In this document: positions 59,883-64,000 of the stretch, piece by piece
How the letters are laid out: every line of letters begins with the position of its first letter
How positions within the stretch are numbered: the first letter of the stretch is position 1
NCBI GenBank assembly: GCA_945865815.1
Contig: CAMBFR010000009.1
Location: 689-64,688, forward strand
Origin: Candidatus Sulfopaludibacter sp. SbA3
GTDB lineage: Bacteria; Acidobacteriota; Terriglobia; 20CM-2-55-15
DNA: 64,000 nucleotides
Direction: 5' to 3'
Made by a program: the position numbers and the translations under genes
The notes under the pieces: model-generated
The model's database searches: none
The model's input: only the letters and a program-made list of their open reading frames with translations
Told to the model about the DNA's origin: nothing

Positions 59883-62616
59883 TCACAGGTTTCCTTACCA
59901 ATGGAAATTCCAATTTGAAGGATGTGCCCCGTCCGGGCGCGCTTTCCACGGATATGTTTCCCGCGTGTTCCTGGACGATGCCGTAACTCACAGACAATCC
60001 CAATCCGGTTCCTTTTCCGACAGCCTTGGTCGTAAAGAACGGATCGTAGATCTTCTTGATGTTTTCATGACTGATACCTGTGCCGGTATCCAATACCGTT
60101 ACTTCAATCTTCGACTCGAACGATTTCGTACCGATCTCGAGTACGCCGCCATCGGCCATCGCATCGCGCGCATTTACGAATAAGTTCAGGAACACCTGCT
60201 GCAACTGTCCGGCGTTCCCGAACGTTATGGGATACTCGGCATCGAGTCTTCGCTCAACCATGATTCGTGCGGCTTTGAACTGATGATCCAGCAGCGAGAG
60301 GGTCTCGTTGATTATTTGGTGAATGTCGATTTCGGCGAATTCAGTAGCGCTCGTGCGAGAAAAATTGAGGAGGCCATTCACAATCTCAGAGGCGCGGAAT
60401 GTCTGCTTTGTGATCTTGTCAAGAAGCTTGTAGCGCGGGTCCTCCGAGCTGATCTCTTTTCTCAGCATCTGCGAGTAGTTAGAGATGACCGCCAGCGGAG
60501 TGTTCACTTCGTGCGCGACTCCCGCCGCCAGCAGTCCGATGGATGTCAGTTTCTCGTTCTGGATGAGCTGATCTTCCAGTCGAACACGTCCCGTAATGTC
60601 GTCGATGATGATCAGCGTGCCACGCGTCAAGCCGGACTTGTCCACGAGCGAAGTGGCCGAGAAATTAACCATCAGACCGTTCCACTGCTGCCTGTAAAGA
60701 TGCTTATGCTCGGAAAGCCGCTGCAGGAAGTCCTTCGGGATCAGCAGCTCGGTTCGCCTGCGCAATGCTGCGTTCCGGTGCAGTCCGGTTAGCCGTTCCA
60801 GGGCCCTGTTCCAGCCTACAATGCGGCCATCGACATCCTCTACAACAACACCGACGTTGATCGACTCGATGATGTTCTCGCTGAAATCTTTCAGGCTCTG
60901 ATACTCGCTCGCTTTCTGCTCGAGTGACTGGTAAAGCTGCGCGTTCTCCAGGGCGATACCCACGTAGTCCGAAACGGTCTCGAGCAGCTCGAGATCTTCG
61001 CTGGTCAGATAATCACCGTTCTGCGTTCGTCCAAGTCCGATATATGCAATCACTCGATCCTTCGCGCGGCATGGAACGAAGTAGTTCAAACCGTGCAGAT
61101 CGGTCTCAAAGAGAATATATGGACGGTCTATCGAAGACTTCAGGAATGAAAAATCGGCGTTGCCGGGAATTGTCAGGCCCGTTGAGCGTGCCGGAATGAA
61201 TCGAGAAGGATCGAGCGGATTTTCCAGGAAAACGGCGGCGCGGCTGACCAGAAGAGCGCGGCCCAGCCGATCCACGATCCGATCGAGCAGGCTGTCGAGA
61301 CGAACTTCCGAATTCAGCGTACGCCCGAAGTCGATCAGCGTCTGCCGGACATCGTAACGGCCCCGATAGAAGAACTTGTCGAGCCACACCTGAAAGCGAT
61401 CTTTGATGGGCGCGAAAAGAACAGCCGCCACGATCATCGCCACGACACGGGCAACGACGCCAAGCGCCTCGAATCCCGAACCCAGTAACTCGCCCACAAG
61501 GACCACGAATGTAGCGTACACACCAAGTATCGACGCGGTTGCGAGCGTATACGTAACTCCGCGCTTGAAGATAATGTCTACATCCATCAACCGGTATCGG
61601 TGGATGGCATACCCGAAAGAGACCGGTATCAGGACCAGCGGATAAACAGCCAGCTCCAGCGACACATCGGACTCAATACCAACCAATCTTGGAACCGATT
61701 GCAGCAGGAAGTACGGCAATACAGCGAGAGCCGTTCCGCGAGTCACCCACTTCATCTGCTGGCGCAATTCCGGAACCTGAACTGTTCGATAGGTATAGGC
61801 CAATACGCCGGCACTCAAGACAAAATAGAACCCCAGATGGAAATCGTTCAGATTCTCAAGCAGGCTTCGAAGCACCAGCGGTGACGGAATAAAATCCAAT
61901 ATCCCGCTAATGAACCCCGTCCAAGCCAGGAAGAGAGCCAGGCCCGGCGCATAAATGCACGCAATAATTCCGGGCTTGAGCTTCAGCCAACTCTTTTCCA
62001 TCGGAAACTTGAGGCAGAAATGCAGGAATAGCGGGGGAAGCGCCAGGTATGCGGCCAGGTTGACCCAGTAAATCGTCCAGTCAAACCCATTGAACTTGCC
62101 CGTATAGTCAAAGACGTAGAAGACAAAAGAAATGAGGCAAACGTAGTAAAAATGCACTGCCTGTGGAGCGCGCGAGCGCCGGATCAGAACGAAGATCCCG
62201 ACAAGCAGATACAGCGATCCGATGATTTCCAGCGGGCGCTGCCATGCCAAACGCTTCTCCGGGGGCGCAACCACGACAGTGGTCTCAAACGTGGACCCGT
62301 TTCTCTCAACGGTGTAAGTCGCCTTGGACCAGATGCCCAACTCGTACAGGATTTGCGTCACATGACGGTCATTCAGGACCGGACGGCTGTTGATCGCGCT
62401 AAGGAAGTCACCTTTCTGGATACCTGCTTTCTCGGCGGGTCCATCCTTTACTATCAGGCGAGCCTGTATTCCTCCGGAACCCTGAATCCAGGACACTCCG
62501 TCATCCGGCGCAATCCACTGCCGCTTCTGCTCAATGTTCAGGCCGCCAAGAACAAGAAGGGCAGCCGTGAGCAGCGCCGTGCCGATATATCTGAGAGTGA
62601 ATATCTTTCGTCCCAT
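59875..62616 (-). CDS. Membrane sensor histidine kinase (PDZ, multi-TM, GAF, PAS, HisKA, HATPase)
   Basis: PDZ 'GPAEKAGIQKGD.L.AIN', TM bundle, GAF 'ALENAQLY', H-box AHEVNTPL, N-box, PFFTTK..GKGTGLGL. Confidence 0.92.
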   Translation of the reverse strand: MGRKIFTLRYIGTALLTAALLVLGGLNIEQKRQWIAPDDGVSWIQGSGGIQARLIVKDGPAEKAGIQKGDFLSAINSRPVLNDRHVTQILYELGIWSKATYTVERNGSTFETTVVVAPPEKRLAWQRPLEIIGSLYLLVGIFVLIRRSRAPQAVHFYYVCLISFVFYVFDYTGKFNGFDWTIYWVNLAAYLALPPLFLHFCLKFPMEKSWLKLKPGIIACIYAPGLALFLAWTGFISGILDFIPSPLVLRSLLENLNDFHLGFYFVLSAGVLAYTYRTVQVPELRQQMKWVTRGTALAVLPYFLLQSVPRLVGIESDVSLELAVYPLVLIPVSFGYAIHRYRLMDVDIIFKRGVTYTLATASILGVYATFVVLVGELLGSGFEALGVVARVVAMIVAAVLFAPIKDRFQVWLDKFFYRGRYDVRQTLIDFGRTLNSEVRLDSLLDRIVDRLGRALLVSRAAVFLENPLDPSRFIPARSTGLTIPGNADFSFLKSSIDRPYILFETDLHGLNYFVPCRAKDRVIAYIGLGRTQNGDYLTSEDLELLETVSDYVGIALENAQLYQSLEQKASEYQSLKDFSENIIESINVGVVVEDVDGRIVGWNRALERLTGLHRNAALRRRTELLIPKDFLQRLSEHKHLYRQQWNGLMVNFSATSLVDKSGLTRGTLIIIDDITGRVRLEDQLIQNEKLTSIGLLAAGVAHEVNTPLAVISNYSQMLRKEISSEDPRYKLLDKITKQTFRASEIVNGLLNFSRTSATEFAEIDIHQIINETLSLLDHQFKAARIMVERRLDAEYPITFGNAGQLQQVFLNLFVNARDAMADGGVLEIGTKSFESKIEVTVLDTGTGISHENIKKIYDPFFTTKAVGKGTGLGLSVSYGIVQEHAGNISVESAPGRGTSFKLEFPLVRKPVNV

Positions 62617-62654
62617 TGACTTGACGCGGAGCGTTCGAAAACCGACTCCGGTTT

Positions 62655-62670
62655 AGCAAACAGACTTCCA
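62655..62670 (-). promoter_or_regulatory. Candidate sigma54 (-24/-12) promoter
   Basis: Minus strand TGGAAG-TCTGT-TTGCT keeps the GG-N10-GC spacing; 38 nt upstream of the kinase ATG. Confidence 0.6.
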
Positions 62671-62777
62671 AAAAACAGTAAAGACTTGGCTAAGGTTAGC
62701 CTTTTCAGCGCCCAACTGAATATGATTTTCTGGATTAGTGTACAAGAACACACACCTGGCCCGACCACTACGACCGC

Positions 62778-64000
62778 TCAAAACTTTATATTGATACCAC
62801 CTTTGACCAAGCGGGGATATTGGGCAACCGGCGTCTGGTTGGGTCCGAAGGAGTGTTCGAACAGGTTTCTGGCATCGAGAATTGCTTGAATGGTGCCTGG
62901 GAACATCCGCCAACCCGGCAGGTTCTGTGCCACGGTAAGGCTCAGTGTCGGATCGTTGTATTCAAACAACTGCTGATAGGAGTCGATGCGAGATGCCGAG
63001 AAACCCGACGTCCAACGATAGATAGCGGTGATCTCCGTGTTGGTTGTGTCGACGTCCGCCTTGAAACGCGCCGAAACAACCTGGAACTGCCTGGCGACCA
63101 TCTGTTTTCGCAGTTCGTTGGGATCCGCTGAAGCCATTTTGATCCCAATACCGTTTGCCGACGTGTATCCGATTCCAGTCTCAACATTCCGGAATCGTCG
63201 ATTCATGTGCAATCGGAATCCCTGCGAAGGACGATTGCGCGTATCGAAAATCACGACGCCCTGACGGTTCTCGCCGGTACTTACAAAGAGCGCCTGGGTG
63301 TCGGTTCTGTCGCGAAAAATGGCCGCAGCAAGTTCGAGATTCTCAGTAACCACCCGCGATACGGCCAGCTCGGCATGCGAATAGCGTTCGAGAGCGGGAG
63401 GCACATACAGCGTTCGGTCGAAATATTCCTTGCCGCGAATCGGATCATCGACGGCAGCCGGGGCTTGAGTGGTCGCACTCGCCGTGAAAGTGGTGCGCGC
63501 CTCCGGAACCCATGAGATCCCGAACTTCGGACGAAGATAATTTCGGTTGGATGCAGCTTCGGCGCGGCCGATCGCTGCGCCGTAGGTGAACACAATGTGG
63601 TCCGACCACTGCACGTCTTCGCCGTACTCCACCTGTACTTCCCTCAGTGAGCTTGCCTGCAGTGGATCGGCGAACAGGGCGCCCTGCCGAACTTTCACGC
63701 CAATCTGTGATCGATGCCGATCTGTCGGTGCGAATTCATACGTGGCCCCGAATCCGCGAGGCTCAGTCGGCGATTCGCTGTACTGGCCGTTCAATGTGAA
63801 CTGCGACTTGGGAGCGAGTGGCATGGTAACGGAAAACTGGGAACCGACTCCGTCTTGAGCCCCGGCACTCGTCTCCACCGACTTGGAGTAGACCTGAAAA
63901 TAGCCCGAATACTCGGGCGACTGCTGCTGCGTATCAAAGGTCTGTTCCCGCGACTGGTTCTCTGTCAAGCGCAGGACAGGCTGTGTTGAACGTGAACTGC
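62778..64000 (-). CDS. Outer-membrane beta-barrel / TonB-dependent-receptor-like protein (5' end beyond window)
   Basis: Frame is open to the window edge. Alternating beta-strand pattern, 'DARNLF' and C-terminal 'GGINIKF' beta-signal. Confidence 0.7.
   Translation of the reverse strand, partial: SSRSTQPVLRLTENQSREQTFDTQQQSPEYSGYFQVYSKSVETSAGAQDGVGSQFSVTMPLAPKSQFTLNGQYSESPTEPRGFGATYEFAPTDRHRSQIGVKVRQGALFADPLQASSLREVQVEYGEDVQWSDHIVFTYGAAIGRAEAASNRNYLRPKFGISWVPEARTTFTASATTQAPAAVDDPIRGKEYFDRTLYVPPALERYSHAELAVSRVVTENLELAAAIFRDRTDTQALFVSTGENRQGVVIFDTRNRPSQGFRLHMNRRFRNVETGIGYTSANGIGIKMASADPNELRKQMVARQFQVVSARFKADVDTTNTEITAIYRWTSGFSASRIDSYQQLFEYNDPTLSLTVAQNLPGWRMFPGTIQAILDARNLFEHSFGPNQTPVAQYPRLVKGGINIKF

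Overview
Chromosomal window from a GC-rich, diderm bacterium. Gene content and order suggest Acidobacteriota (inference, not a database result). It is mostly housekeeping, envelope and proteolysis genes: an M16 peptidase pair with tldD/pmbA, an AAA+/VWA pair, a MacA-like adaptor with an ABC ATPase, a Ca2+/H+ antiporter, oligopeptidase B, tRNA-Ser(GCT), a BtuCD/FecCD-like ABC pair, a small toxin-antitoxin islet (one module doubly frameshifted), biotin carboxylase and BCCP, rpmB, Omp85-SurA-TamB, relA/spoT, tonB-exbB-exbD-exbD-TPR, tgt-yajC-secD-secF, methylmalonyl-CoA mutase, pta, and a PDZ-domain histidine kinase with a sigma54 activator. The strongest candidate for an undescribed system is a CRISPR-independent cluster encoding a small membrane protein, an ECF sigma factor, a soluble zinc anti-sigma and a TPR-CHAT caspase-like protease (50900-55338). 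Other notable signals: an unannotated 18-aa Lys/Ala microprotein with its own RBS and terminator (11201-11257); a REP-like palindrome family with one copy apparently translated inside a signal peptide; a palindromic bidirectional promoter at rpmB; candidate sigma54 and ECF promoters; and several probable leaderless genes. No CRISPR array, integrase, transposase or rRNA was seen.
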